A stretch of 64,000 bases of DNA from Spirochaetia bacterium. Its GTDB lineage: Bacteria > Spirochaetota > Spirochaetia > SZUA-6 > Bin103. The position numbers were made by a program, and so were the translations under genes. How positions within the stretch are numbered: the first letter of the stretch is position 1; every line of letters starts with the position of its first letter. The notes below the pieces were generated by a model. The model saw nothing but the letters and a program-made list of their open reading frames with translations. It ran no database searches and had not been told where the DNA came from. The stretch is taken from the NCBI GenBank assembly GCA_965203055.1, contig OZ241863.1, positions 1,280,001 through 1,344,000 of the forward strand, given 5' to 3'. Below are positions 29,401 through 39,262 of the stretch, piece by piece.

Positions 29401-29925
29401 CAGCCTCACGCAGCGTTCCACCGCCGCGAGGTGCGCTCCCTCCAGGTTCCAGATCCAGTCGTCCCACTGGTCCCGGAAGTCGACCCGGCTGGTTACTTCG
29501 TCGAGCTGTTGAAAACCGGGGTTGACGCCTGCTTCGAGGGGGAACTCGCGCAGCAGACTGGAAGCAAAGGCGTGGATGGTCTCGACGTGCGCGCTCACCA
29601 GGCCGCGCAGGGCCGCCCGATAGCGGGCGCGCTCCGGCTCGGCGGCGGCCTCCAGCCGCTCGTGCAGGCGGTCCCTGACCCGGGCGCGCAGCTCTCCCGC
29701 CGCCTTCTCGGTGAAGGTAATCACTACCACTTCCTGGATCTCGGCGCCGCCGCGGCGAATGATCTCGACCACGCGGTCGACCAGAATGCGCGTCTTGCCG
29801 GTGCCGGCGCCCGCTTCCAGGAAGAAGCAGGCGGCCAGGTCGGAGGCGGCGGCAGAGCGGATCTCCTGGTCGACCGGCGGCCGGCCGCCGGCCGGCGCGG
29901 CCGCGGCGCGCGGCGGCGGGGTCAT
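26494..29925 (-). CDS. addA: AddA-like UvrD helicase / PD-(D/E)XK nuclease
   Basis: EAGAGTGKT, TFTEKAAGEL, VDEFQDTD, VGDPKQSIYRFR, MTVHGAKGLEF, YVAATRARD, GFVD...DYKTD. Confidence 0.9.
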   Translation of the reverse strand: MTPPPRAAAAPAGGRPPVDQEIRSAAASDLAACFFLEAGAGTGKTRILVDRVVEIIRRGGAEIQEVVVITFTEKAAGELRARVRDRLHERLEAAAEPERARYRAALRGLVSAHVETIHAFASSLLREFPLEAGVNPGFQQLDEVTSRVDFRDQWDDWIWNLEGAHLAAVERCVRLGMTLDTVHEVAEILDRHRELRLSGSAARQPAADRVLRELQALCAEGGQLAAACRGDADACLRSFRELRRGLAEVEQLAGRAAGDLRAALVEAALHDLAFRPQRGNRGNWRSAEALARMRELQEAARDRLIGWRAGLNDDALYRLSAALGAFVTSAAAARRRAGKLNFDDLLIEARALVAGDEQVRAALRERFRFLLVDEFQDTDPLQAEIVFLLAADDTPPPGGGGPGGSGPRAWHEVTLQPGKLFIVGDPKQSIYRFRRADIDTYLRARQVFQRQPEGRARIATISQNFRSLPQITDWVNATFGAVLTPDPQFPGAQPKYQPIHAYRAAAGGPRVALLYPELPLHEARLNELRREEATAVARLIADLTANPRWRTDAPPPGDSDARGVALRDICILVETRTALDGYTQELARRGIPYVVDGGRDFFQHQEINDLAAILRAVDDPSDQVSLVAALKSAAFCCSDAELLQHRLEHGSFSLLAPKFPDSRIGAALRRLADLYQAKSELTLPFLVDRAIRDNFLAEPLLITSRERQRAANLRAIVDRAAEFAVSEADALRPFVRWLASRQGESGGERDLHLVETDDDVVRVMTVHGAKGLEFPVVILAKLSSGANQNAARSVADRERGVIEFAVGRRDNRFRTPGFAAAAAREAAYGRAEQARLLYVAATRARDLLVVSAFRSEERPGMFVHLPALPSWVAVFDGGLREAPGGGRIMLDQELPEPRPLPKPVPIDFPADLAARWQERRAQRGERVRQGPQYTSPSLLAAEARKEPRETEPRDRSAPETDLTRFGDADRALATADGAAGVTFVGSSTGLRRGSLVHEVLSRCALGDAASAAAWAQRLAAAQGSPELIDEVTRAAAAIIDSPAMQRVRAARRVLRELPVAWYDEGRDRYVEGFVDLAFEEADGWVLADYKTDALPAPEPRGVQLLKERYRPQVEEYRRAVSAAGLKVTACGLWLAATGGLYLW

Positions 29926-32900
29926 GGTTGGCGGCCCCGGCCTCGCTGGTCCCGGCCTTGCTGCGCGGGCGCGATACGGCGGAACGGCTCCATGAGCCGG
30001 TCGCTGCCGGCGGACTTGCGCTTCGCATAGTCGGCGACGCGGGTGTGGCACACGTCGCGGTAATCGCACCACCGGCAGTTCGCGCGGCCTTCGCCCGGCT
30101 GGTAGAAGAAGGCGCCGGAGGCGATCGCCTCGGCCATGGCGGCCAATACCTCGCCGAAGCGCGGGTCCGCGGCCAGTTGCGCGCCGCTCAACGGGAGGCG
30201 CCGGTAGGCGGCGCGTTCGCTCACGTAGTGCAGCTCGGCGCTGCATTCGGCCATCTCGGCCTGCTGCAGGTGGGCGGCGGCGTGCAGGTAGACCGGCAAC
30301 TGCAGGGAGCGGCCCGCGCGGTAGCCGATTGCGGAATCGCGCCCGCCGGCGCCGGTCTTGTAATCCACGATGCGCGGGCCGTCGGCGCCGCGGTCGATGC
30401 GGTCGATGCGCCCGGAGAATCGCAGCCGCCGGTGGCCGGCCGCGACCGGCACGCCGCGAAACTCCCGTTCGGCGGCGACCGGCTGCCAGGCGCCGCCGCC
30501 CGCCGCGTCCGGAGCGTCCGATGCGCCGGCCTGCCGCTGCTCCTGCTCCAGATAGGCGGCCAGTTCCTCCTCCACCTGGCGGCGAATCAGGTTCCAGGAG
30601 AGCGGCAGCCCGGTGACGCCGGCCGGCAGCTCGGCGAAGCGCCGCTCCATGATCTGCGCCAGCGCCGCATCGGCGCCGTCCAGAAACTCCGCCCAGGAGG
30701 CGCCGGATGCCGAACCGGCAAGAAACCGCTGCACCAGCTCGTCGAGGATGGCGTGCACCAGGTTGCCGCGCTGCAGGGGCGCGATCTGCAGGGTCTGCTC
30801 CGGCTCGCCGCGGGCGCGGACGCGCAGCACCTGGGAGAGGAAGAAGCGATAGGGACACACCGCGAAGTTCTCCAGCGCGGTGGCGGTCAGATCGCGCTCC
30901 AGGGTGCCGCGGGCGGCTACCAGCGCGGCCGGAACGACGCCGTCGAACGGGCCGAAGCGGCGCGTGCGGCGCTCCGCCTGCTGGGCGCGGACCGCGTCGA
31001 TGGTGGGCCACAGCGGTTCGATCGCGGCCACGGCCGGCTTGCCGCCCGCGCCCTGCTCCAGCACGTGCCAGCGCAGGTCGGATGCATCGAGCGCCCGCAG
31101 CGCGGCATCGGCGCCGGCGCCGGCGAATCCGATGCGCGCCGGCAGGCGCTGATACCAGTCGCCGGCGTTCCGCTCCAGCGCCGCGGCGGAGAGAAAGCCG
31201 CCGGCCAGGTCGCCCACTTCTTCGAGCAGGAAGCTGGAGGGCAGCCGCACGTTGGTCGAGCTGGTGCCGCGCCGCGGGTAGGAGAGGGTGAGGCGTTCGC
31301 CGGCGGCCTGACAGGCCAGCTCGAACAGCAGCCGCTCCTCCTCGAGCCGCTGCCCCTTGAGCGGCAGGTAGCTGGCGTTGCCGGCGCGGCGGTTGAGCTG
31401 CTGCCGCTCGGCGTCCAGCAGCAACGGATCCTGGCGAATGACCGGCGGAAAGGAGCGTTCGGCGCAGCCGGTGACGTATACGCGCCGAAAGCGCACCAGG
31501 CGGGCGCTCATCACGTTGCCGACGAACACCCCGCTGCGCTGGAAGTTGCCGCCGCGCACGCTCGCCTGGCGAATGGCGGTCTCGGCGGCCTGGCGAAACC
31601 GCTCGGCGGTGGCGGCGACGGCGCCGCGGCGGGTGGCGGCCTGGTCGAGTACCGCCAGTTTGCGGATGCGGTCGGCGATCGTCTCCCATTCGTCGCTGCC
31701 GGCCGCCGCCGGCATGAACCGCGCCAACAGCTCCAGAAAGCGGCCGGCATGCTCCTGCCAGGCGGCCGCGGCCAGCGCCTGCTGCGCGGCGCCCGCCAGC
31801 GCGCGCACCACGGCGTGCAACTCGCCCGCCGCGGCCAGCGCTTCCGCGGTGCGCTCCTCGTCGGCGCCGGGCGCGGCCTGGCGGCGGTGAAAGGTTAGCA
31901 CCGAGTCGAACTCCTCCCACCCCTTGACCAGTCCCAGCTCCTTGCTCAGCGCTTCCCAGCGCGCCGGGCGCGGCGTCAGCGGGGGAGCGCCGCCGGCGGC
32001 CTCGGCCTCGGCTTCGATCCAGGCCAGGTCGATCCCGGGCAGCGAGAGCAACTCCAGCAGCGGGCCGCGGCGCGGTTCGGCATACAGCAACTGCAGCAGG
32101 TTGAGGGCGGCCCGTCCTATGGCTGAGCGCCGCACCGGCTTGCCGGTGGAGCGGTAGTGGGGCACCCCGGCCCGGTCCAGCACGCCGCAGATCAGTTCGT
32201 CGTAGACCGGGTCCATGCGGTGCAGGATGGCGATTTCTCCCGCCGGCACGCCCGCTTCCAGGTCTTCCAGCACGCGGCGCACCGTCTCCTCGGTCTCCGC
32301 CTGGCGGTCGGCGCAGGAAAACACCGCGCGGCGGGCGCGCGGCGCGCGCGCGGCCGGGCCGGCGTCCAGCGACACCAGCCGCAGGCCGCACTGCCGCAAC
32401 CGCTCGACCGTCTGGTGGGCGAACGCGAACTGCTCGGCGCCGGCGTTCCACGGCAGGAACATGCGCGCCGGCATTGCGCGCACCAGCCGCGCCAGCATCC
32501 GGAGCTGCAGGGCGTTGACGTCGTAGATGCCGTAGATCAGGACCTGCCGCGCGCCGGGCGCGCAGCGCTGCAGAATGGCGGCGGTCTGCGCCGGCGCCGC
32601 GGCCGCGGCCTGCTCCACGGTGGCGGTGGCGTCGCTGAAGGGGGCGAGCGCCTGCCGGTAGGCGGCGGCGATCGCCGCCAGCGCACGCAGCCACGGGCGC
32701 GGCGCGGCCGCGGCTACCAGCGGCGCGGCGATGCCGCCCTCGCGCAGGTCGCGCAGGGTGGCGGCCACGGCGTGCACCATGCTGGCCTCGGCGAGGCGGT
32801 GCCCGGGATGGCCGCGGCCGGGCGCGCGTTGCTCGGCGATCACCTGTTCGAGCAGGGGAACGTGCGCGCCGTCGGGCAGCGGCGGCGCGGCGCGGCCGCC

Positions 32901-33185
32901 GGCCGCTTCCGCGGCGCCGCCCGGCAGCGCCAGTTCGCCGGCCAGGTCCATCAGCGTCACGAAGCGCACGTTGGCCGCCGCCCGCAGCGCGCGCGCCAGC
33001 CGGCGGCGCAGGTAGACGTGCTGCAGGTGCGAACCTGCCACCACCAGCACCGGCGCCACCGGATCGTTCCCCTTGGCGGCGCGCACCGCGGCCACGAACT
33101 CCCGCTCCAGCGCGGCGAGGTCCGCGCTCACCACCAGGGTGGAGCCGGCGCCCGGCGCTGCGTCCGGCGCCGCGTCTCGCGTCAC
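29922..33185 (-). CDS. addB: AddB-like inactive helicase / nuclease with Fe-S cysteines
   Basis: CPYRFF, GRIDRID...DYKTG, LQLPVY, C.WCDYRDVC; GTG start overlaps the upstream stop; ATGA overlap with addA. Confidence 0.85.
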   Translation of the reverse strand: MTRDAAPDAAPGAGSTLVVSADLAALEREFVAAVRAAKGNDPVAPVLVVAGSHLQHVYLRRRLARALRAAANVRFVTLMDLAGELALPGGAAEAAGGRAAPPLPDGAHVPLLEQVIAEQRAPGRGHPGHRLAEASMVHAVAATLRDLREGGIAAPLVAAAAPRPWLRALAAIAAAYRQALAPFSDATATVEQAAAAAPAQTAAILQRCAPGARQVLIYGIYDVNALQLRMLARLVRAMPARMFLPWNAGAEQFAFAHQTVERLRQCGLRLVSLDAGPAARAPRARRAVFSCADRQAETEETVRRVLEDLEAGVPAGEIAILHRMDPVYDELICGVLDRAGVPHYRSTGKPVRRSAIGRAALNLLQLLYAEPRRGPLLELLSLPGIDLAWIEAEAEAAGGAPPLTPRPARWEALSKELGLVKGWEEFDSVLTFHRRQAAPGADEERTAEALAAAGELHAVVRALAGAAQQALAAAAWQEHAGRFLELLARFMPAAAGSDEWETIADRIRKLAVLDQAATRRGAVAATAERFRQAAETAIRQASVRGGNFQRSGVFVGNVMSARLVRFRRVYVTGCAERSFPPVIRQDPLLLDAERQQLNRRAGNASYLPLKGQRLEEERLLFELACQAAGERLTLSYPRRGTSSTNVRLPSSFLLEEVGDLAGGFLSAAALERNAGDWYQRLPARIGFAGAGADAALRALDASDLRWHVLEQGAGGKPAVAAIEPLWPTIDAVRAQQAERRTRRFGPFDGVVPAALVAARGTLERDLTATALENFAVCPYRFFLSQVLRVRARGEPEQTLQIAPLQRGNLVHAILDELVQRFLAGSASGASWAEFLDGADAALAQIMERRFAELPAGVTGLPLSWNLIRRQVEEELAAYLEQEQRQAGASDAPDAAGGGAWQPVAAEREFRGVPVAAGHRRLRFSGRIDRIDRGADGPRIVDYKTGAGGRDSAIGYRAGRSLQLPVYLHAAAHLQQAEMAECSAELHYVSERAAYRRLPLSGAQLAADPRFGEVLAAMAEAIASGAFFYQPGEGRANCRWCDYRDVCHTRVADYAKRKSAGSDRLMEPFRRIAPAQQGRDQRGRGRQP

Positions 33186-35413
33186 GACAACTCGACGATG
33201 GCGTGGACATCGACGCGCGGTACCACGAAGCGCGCGCCGGCCTCCGCGCCGGCACCCGCTTCCGCGCCCGCGGAAGCGGCCGTTACCGCCAGCTCCTCTC
33301 CCGCCGGCTGCAGAACCGCCCGCCGCACCGCGAAGCGGGTGCGCACCTCCAGTTCGTAGACCGGGATCTCTTCGGTGATCACGCTCGCCTTGGTGCGCAC
33401 CGGCCCGCCCGGCGTGCGGTTGACTAGGTGCAGCCAGCGCACCCGCTCCGGCGCGCGCTCCCACAGCACCGCCTCCACGGTGGCCGGACCGCGCACCTCC
33501 AGCGGCGGCGCGGCGCCGGCGGCCCAGCGCACCGCGTTCTCCAACAGCGCGCGAAAGTCGGGGTGGCCGTAGTCGTGGTACGCCTGTCCGAGCGGCTGCG
33601 GGAAGTACACCACCCGGCCCGCGCCGAACTGCTGGCTCACCGCCGCCGGGTAGGGCGTGTCCTCCTGCGGCGGTGAGCCCATCATCATCCCCCGCATCGG
33701 GTTGACGATCACCCCGTGGCCCTGCGCGCCGGCGCGCGGCGCCACCTTGAGCTGCAGCTTGTGCCACAGCGTCATCGGCCAGCCCGGTTCCAGGCCGGCG
33801 GTCAGCGGCCCGGCGCGGTCGTAGCGCATGAAGCCGTAGGTGAACGCGAACGGCTCCAGGTAGTCGCAGCCGAACAGGTCGGCCAGCAGGAAGTTCTCCC
33901 GCGGGCGCCCGAACTCGTCCGCCAGCGAGGTGCGGAAGGTCGCCACCAGCCCGCCGCCGGCCGCCACGAAGCGGCGCAACCCGGCCGCCAGCGCGTCGCT
34001 CATGCACACCACGTTGGGCAGCACCAGCACGCGCGGGCTGCCGGCCCGCCCCTCGGCGATGCGGCGTTCGGTCACCACGCCGTGCAGCACGCGGCGCTCC
34101 AACAGCGCCTCGTGCACGCCCTCCAACCCGGCCAGGTGGGCCTGCGCGTGGTGCTCCTGGGCGAAGTCCTGGCTCCGCTTCGACCATACCAGGTCGGCGT
34201 AGCGCACCCGCCGCGCGCCGGCGGCGCGGTCCGGCAGCCACGGCTCGCGCGCCCGCACCTGCTCGAACGCCGCCTCCATCCGCCGCAGCGAAAGCTGATC
34301 GAGGCCGCCGTCCGGGCGCACCTGGTCGTAGTATTGGATGAAGCCGCCGTTGGCGGTGATGGTCGCCATCTCGGTGAACAGCATCGGCACCGGCTTCACC
34401 TGGTAGCCGCGCACCATGTGCATCGAGCCCGCGCCGCTCCCGCCGCCCGCCCCGCCGGCCGCGCCGCCGTCGCCGGTCGCGGCGCCCCCCTGGCCGCCGG
34501 TGTTGAAGAAGCGCCAGCTTTCGATCTCATAGGGGCGGTCGGGGGTGAAGGCGTCCTGCATGCGGCACCACAGCGCCAACCCGCCGTAGCCGTCGCGGTA
34601 GTGGAACTCGCGGCTCACGTAGTCGTCGCAGTCGTTGAACCAGGCGTCGGCGGCCGCCTGAAAGCCGCTGCCGTTGTGAGTCACCGTCAGGTCCGGGTTC
34701 ACCGCGCGGATCGCGCCGATGATCTCGTGCAGCGCGCGCCGGTTCATGGTCTGGCGCCACCGGTAGTAGCGGCGGAAGCCGGCGTCGCGCCGGTCCGCCG
34801 CGTCCGGCAGCTCGCGCCCGCGGTCCTCGCGGTAGAGCTCGCGGCAGGTCTCGCAGTAGCAGATCGTGGTGCGCCCGAACCAGCCGAACCCGTCCAGCCA
34901 GTAGCCGTCGAAGTCGTAGCGCTGCGCCAGCTCGCGAACGATGTTCTTGATATATTCGCGCGCCGGTCCGAGGAGGCAGATCACCGGCGCCACGTCGCCC
35001 GACGGCACCAGCGGCGCCGTGTTGGTGCGCACCACCGGGCGGCCGTCGGCGTGGCGCGCGGCGTAGGACGCCACCAGGCCGCCGCGCCGCTCGCGCGAAG
35101 TCTGCACGTAGTACAGCAGCGTCATGTCGACTTCGCGGCAGGCGGCGGAGAACTCGCGCATCAGGTCGCGCGCGCCGATGGCGCGGTGCTTGTGGCCGTA
35201 GCGCGTGTCGTAGTAGCAGTTGCCCTGGTTGTCCTTGGCGTGTACGTAGAGCGCCTGGACGCCGGCCCGATGCAGCCGCCGCACGATGGCCGCCGGATCG
35301 ACCGCGCCCAGGTTGCCGGGCTGGCCGATCGGCATCTGGTCGGCCGAATCGGGCATCTGAAAGTCCAGCAGGTAGGCCCTCCTGCGCTCCTCGAACCACT
35401 TGCGCCTGCTCAC
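33182..35413 (-). CDS. Glycosyl hydrolase (GHL6/GH42-like with trimerisation domain)
   Basis: HAKDNQGNCYYDT, YDFDGYWLDG, LVLPNVVCMSD, GGGLVATFRTSL. Confidence 0.75.
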   Translation of the reverse strand: MSRRKWFEERRRAYLLDFQMPDSADQMPIGQPGNLGAVDPAAIVRRLHRAGVQALYVHAKDNQGNCYYDTRYGHKHRAIGARDLMREFSAACREVDMTLLYYVQTSRERRGGLVASYAARHADGRPVVRTNTAPLVPSGDVAPVICLLGPAREYIKNIVRELAQRYDFDGYWLDGFGWFGRTTICYCETCRELYREDRGRELPDAADRRDAGFRRYYRWRQTMNRRALHEIIGAIRAVNPDLTVTHNGSGFQAAADAWFNDCDDYVSREFHYRDGYGGLALWCRMQDAFTPDRPYEIESWRFFNTGGQGGAATGDGGAAGGAGGGSGAGSMHMVRGYQVKPVPMLFTEMATITANGGFIQYYDQVRPDGGLDQLSLRRMEAAFEQVRAREPWLPDRAAGARRVRYADLVWSKRSQDFAQEHHAQAHLAGLEGVHEALLERRVLHGVVTERRIAEGRAGSPRVLVLPNVVCMSDALAAGLRRFVAAGGGLVATFRTSLADEFGRPRENFLLADLFGCDYLEPFAFTYGFMRYDRAGPLTAGLEPGWPMTLWHKLQLKVAPRAGAQGHGVIVNPMRGMMMGSPPQEDTPYPAAVSQQFGAGRVVYFPQPLGQAYHDYGHPDFRALLENAVRWAAGAAPPLEVRGPATVEAVLWERAPERVRWLHLVNRTPGGPVRTKASVITEEIPVYELEVRTRFAVRRAVLQPAGEELAVTAASAGAEAGAGAEAGARFVVPRVDVHAIVELS

Positions 35414-35434
35414 CTGAATCTCTTCCTGTTCTTC

Positions 35435-37021
35435 CTAGAAGAACGGAGCGCGGTTCCAGGCGGCCTGGTATACCCGCTCGTACTCGGCCAGGCCGGCCTG
35501 CCGCAGCTCGGTCAGATACGCCTCCCACTCGGCGTCCGAATCGATATCCTTCTGGCCCATCACGAACTTCAGGGTGTGCTCCTTGAAGGTGTCCTGCATG
35601 ACGGTCTCCAAGTCCACCTTGTCCTCGATTTCCTGCGGCGTGAACCCGCCGTACACGAATCCGACCGCCGGCAGATGGTCGAAGTCCTCCTTGGCGGTGA
35701 GCATCGGCCGGTGGCGCACGTTCATCGCCAGGAATTCGGGGAACTCGCCGGCGTAGCCGCCGAGACCGTAATCCTTCAACGTGCGCTGCGCGTCCGGGTG
35801 CCCGGACGCCTTGATGTCGTCGCGGTAGGTCGGTACGCCGTCCATCCAGGTGAAGGTCTCTCCTTCGATGCCGGCGGTAATGGCCTGGGTCCCCTCGTAG
35901 GTGAGGAGCCATTCGGAGAACTCCATCCAGCGCGCGAACTTGGCGCTCGAAATGTCCATCTTGGCGGTGAACGTGGCGCCGAACGGTTGCCCGGCCGGAT
36001 TCTTGTAAGCCAGCATCGGCCGGTCGGCGTAGGCGCGCACTTCGGTCTTGGGAACCACCCACTTGGCGTCGGGATACTGCGACCGCTGCAACTGATCGAA
36101 GAATCCGGCCCAGCTCAACCAGCCGCCGGCAATGAAGGATTGATTGTTGGCGATGCGCGCTTCCCACTGCTCCAGGGTGATGGTGCCGGCTTCCTTCTCC
36201 ATCAGCTCCTCCTCGTAGAGCGTGCTCAGGTACTTGAGCAGGTCGCGGTACTTGTCGGTCGCCGGCCCGTACACCACGGCTCCCGCGTCCTGATCATAGA
36301 TCGGACCGCCCCAATCGTAGGTGCGGAACGACTCGCGCAAGCCCATGGTGGCGGACCCCGGCCAGCCCCACTTGTGGGTCCACGGCACCGACTCCGGATA
36401 CTCAACCTTGAACGCCCGGAGTACCTCCAGCAGCTCGTCGGTGGTGCTCGGAAACTGCAATCCCAGCTTGTTGAACTCGGTCTCGTTGTACATGTAGCCG
36501 CGGTCGAGCGGCCACGGATACTTGGTCGGCAACACGTACATCTTGCCGTCGCCGGCAGACATCAGAGAGCGCATGAATTCCCATTCTTCGTCGCTCCACT
36601 GCGCCCGGTAATTGGGCATCCGGTCGAGGTAGTCGTCGACCGCGACGAAGAAGCCGCCGGGTATGTGGTTCAACATCATTACCCGCTGCGGGGACACGTT
36701 CCAGTTCCAGTTCATGTGCAGTTGCTCCGGGAAGTCGCCGCTGGCGAACATCACCGGCAACTTGGTGTCCACTTCATTGCGCGGCACGTACACCCACTCG
36801 TATTCGAGCCCGAACCGGTCGCGCAGGATGTCCTGGCGGATGTCCATCACTGCCTTGGGCTCGTTGGCGTGCAGGTCGTAGGTGAGCGCCGTGATGGTGG
36901 CGACTTCCAGCTCCTCGACCGCGCCCGCCTCCTCCGTTCCCGCGGCGAACAGCGGCGCCGCGGCCACGGCCGCCGCCGCGGCCGCCGCCGCGGCCAGTAA
37001 CGATAGCTTCATCTTCTTCAC
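35435..37021 (-). CDS. ABC transporter substrate-binding protein (LplA-like)
   Basis: Signal peptide ending ...PLFAAG; KLPVMFASGDFPE, PSTTDEL. Confidence 0.88.
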   Translation of the reverse strand: MKKMKLSLLAAAAAAAAAVAAAPLFAAGTEEAGAVEELEVATITALTYDLHANEPKAVMDIRQDILRDRFGLEYEWVYVPRNEVDTKLPVMFASGDFPEQLHMNWNWNVSPQRVMMLNHIPGGFFVAVDDYLDRMPNYRAQWSDEEWEFMRSLMSAGDGKMYVLPTKYPWPLDRGYMYNETEFNKLGLQFPSTTDELLEVLRAFKVEYPESVPWTHKWGWPGSATMGLRESFRTYDWGGPIYDQDAGAVVYGPATDKYRDLLKYLSTLYEEELMEKEAGTITLEQWEARIANNQSFIAGGWLSWAGFFDQLQRSQYPDAKWVVPKTEVRAYADRPMLAYKNPAGQPFGATFTAKMDISSAKFARWMEFSEWLLTYEGTQAITAGIEGETFTWMDGVPTYRDDIKASGHPDAQRTLKDYGLGGYAGEFPEFLAMNVRHRPMLTAKEDFDHLPAVGFVYGGFTPQEIEDKVDLETVMQDTFKEHTLKFVMGQKDIDSDAEWEAYLTELRQAGLAEYERVYQAAWNRAPFF

Positions 37022-37113
37022 GTCGGTTCCTCCTGTCGTGAGTCGTTGCCACGGTGCGCCGCGCGGCGCACCCGAATCCGTTTTCCCTCCGGCTCACCTC
37101 CTTCCGGCGGCAA

Positions 37114-38013
37114 TCAATCCTTCAACGATCCGAGCATCACGCCCTTGACCAAGTAGCGTTGGATGAACGGATACAGCACCAGCATCGGCAGCATGGTAAT
37201 CGCGATCAGGCCGTACTTGATGCCCTGGATGGCCACCGCCTCCTGCTCCATCAAGTCGTTGCGGCCATATTGATCCTGCATGAACGACAGGCGCGCCATC
37301 TCGGTGCGCATCACGATGTCGCGCAGCACCAACTGCAGCGGATACTTCCTGGTGTCGTAGAGATAGATCATGGCATCGAAGAACGCGTTCCAGTGGCTCA
37401 CCGCGTAGAACAGCGCGATGGTCGCCACGCCCGCCTTGGCCAGCGGCAGCACGATGCGCACCAGCACCGCGGTCTCCCGCGCCCCCTCCAGGAAGGCCGA
37501 CTCCTCCAGCTCCTCCGGCACCTGCTTGAAGAAGGTGCGCATCACCAGCAGGTTGAACGCGCTGATGGCGATCGGCACCGTGAGCGCCAGGTAGGTATCG
37601 TACATGCCGAGCGCCCGCACCACCATGAAGCGCGGAATCAGGCCGCCGCTGAAGAACATGGTCACCACGATCATCACCGTGAAGGAGCGCCGAAACGGCA
37701 GCCGCCGCTTGGCCAGCGGATAGGCCATGGTCACGGTAAAGGTGAGGTTGATGGCCGTGCCCAACAGCGTGATGGTGATGGAATTGAGAAACGAGCGCGG
37801 GATCATCGGATCGCTGAACAGGATCGAATAGTGCCGGAGCGAGAATCCGACGGGCAGGACCGATACGTGTCCGGCGATGATGTGGTAGGTCTCGCTGACC
37901 GAGTTGGAGAGAATGTTGAGCACCGGGAAGATGGTGGTGAGCAGCACCACGGCGATCACCCCGTGCACCGCCAGCCCGACGAACCGTGACGACAGCGAGC
38001 GGTCGACTACCAC
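37114..38013 (-). CDS. Carbohydrate ABC transporter permease (LplC-like)
   Basis: MFFSGGLIP, ELEESAFLEGA, YPFIQRYLVKGVMLGSLKD; GTG start at 38013. Confidence 0.92.
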   Translation of the reverse strand: MVVDRSLSSRFVGLAVHGVIAVVLLTTIFPVLNILSNSVSETYHIIAGHVSVLPVGFSLRHYSILFSDPMIPRSFLNSITITLLGTAINLTFTVTMAYPLAKRRLPFRRSFTVMIVVTMFFSGGLIPRFMVVRALGMYDTYLALTVPIAISAFNLLVMRTFFKQVPEELEESAFLEGARETAVLVRIVLPLAKAGVATIALFYAVSHWNAFFDAMIYLYDTRKYPLQLVLRDIVMRTEMARLSFMQDQYGRNDLMEQEAVAIQGIKYGLIAITMLPMLVLYPFIQRYLVKGVMLGSLKD

Positions 38014-38980
38014 AGGCTTTCGTCCGCTACCTTGCGCGCGCTGTAGTTGGCAATCACCAGCAGCAGCAGATTGACCACCGAATTGAACATGCCGACCGCG
38101 GTGGCGAACGAGTAGTCGAACTTGACGATGCCGCGGCGGTACACGTAGGTGCCGATGACGTCGGCCACTTCGTAGGTGAGCGGGTTGTACATCAGGAGGA
38201 TCTTCTCCACGCCCACGTTGACGAAGCTGCCGATGCGCAGAATGAGCAGGATCATGATGACGGGCAGAATCGACGGCAGCGTGATGCTGCGGATCTTCTG
38301 CCAGCGGGTCGCGCCGTCGATCGCCGCCGACTCGTACAGCGACGCCGGGATGCCGTACATGGCGGCCAGATAGACGATCGCGCCCCAGCCGATGCCGGCC
38401 CAGATGCCGGATCCCACGTAGAGCGGCCGAAACCAAGCCGACTCGGCCATGAAGTAGATCGGTTCGATGCCGAGGCGGCTGAGCAGCCAGTTGACGTAGC
38501 CGTCGCTGGGCGAGAACAGCATCACCATCATGGCGACCACCGAGACGGTGGAGATGAAGTGGGGGAGGAAGCTGATCGTCTGGGCGAACTTGCGGTAGAA
38601 GGTGTTGCTCACCTCATACAGACACACCGCGAACAGGATCGACGCCGGAAACTCGAACAGGACCGAGTAGAAGCCCAGCAGCACGGTGTTGCGCAGCAGC
38701 GGAAAGAACTTCGGGCCGGTGAAGAAGTCGATGAAGTGCCGGAAGCCGATCCAGGGACTGGTGAGGTAGTTGGCGACCACCCCCTGGCCATACTTGGGGG
38801 CATAGTCCACGAATGCGAACGAGATGCCGTAGATCGGGAGATAATGGAAGAGGATGAAGTACAGCGCGCCGGGAGCAATGAGATAGAGCAGCGCGCGGTT
38901 CTTCCTGATCTCGCCCCACAGGGCCGGGCGCTGCCCGCGCGCCGCCGCGGTCGACCCCGGCGCGCTTTGGATTACGTTTA
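38007..38980 (-). CDS. Carbohydrate ABC transporter permease (LplB-like), start uncertain
   Basis: FLPHFIS, LYESAAIDGA. Family-like sequence extends upstream of GTG 38810 (WGEIRKNRALLYLIAPGALYFILFHYLPIYG), but no in-frame ATG/GTG/TTG occurs before the upstream TAG. Confidence 0.85.
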
Positions 38981-39073
38981 CCGCTGTAGGCGTTCCACCG
39001 GATCGAGGCTCGACAATGCGGCTACCGATAGCAGACCCCTATCCGGCTGTCAAGCTCGCGCCGGGTGGGTGGG

Positions 39074-39262
39074 TCAGGGTGTCGGGTGTGTCAGCGGGTC
39101 AGGTCGTGGATCTTCCAGGACGCCGCGAAACAGCATGCCGTCCGGCCCGCCGCGCAGCTCCAGCGCCGCCGCCGGGGGCAGGGGAGTCCACCCGATCTCC
39201 TCCGCATGCCGCACCATCGGAAACTGCGCCGCCCCCGCCTCCGTGATCCCGCCCCCCGTCAC
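39074..39262 (-). pseudogene. hsdR: Type I R-M HsdR N-terminal stub
   Basis: [23 protein letters not shown]...ALELRGG..GMLFR resembles HsdR N-termini; GTGA overlap with the AIPR remnant. Confidence 0.6.

Noticed and set aside
26494..34241. 2253-aa and 1439-aa giant proteins in the ORF track
   Set aside because: Their N-terminal extensions are off-frame overlaps of the upstream genes; plausible starts are 29925 and 33185. The same applies to the 5496, 10038, 15670 and 25656 starts.
26365..37000. Very long plus-strand ORFs (26365..29277, 29928..31898, 33716..37000) and similar ones elsewhere
   Set aside because: Antisense shadows of well-supported genes, expected at high GC; no recognisable motifs
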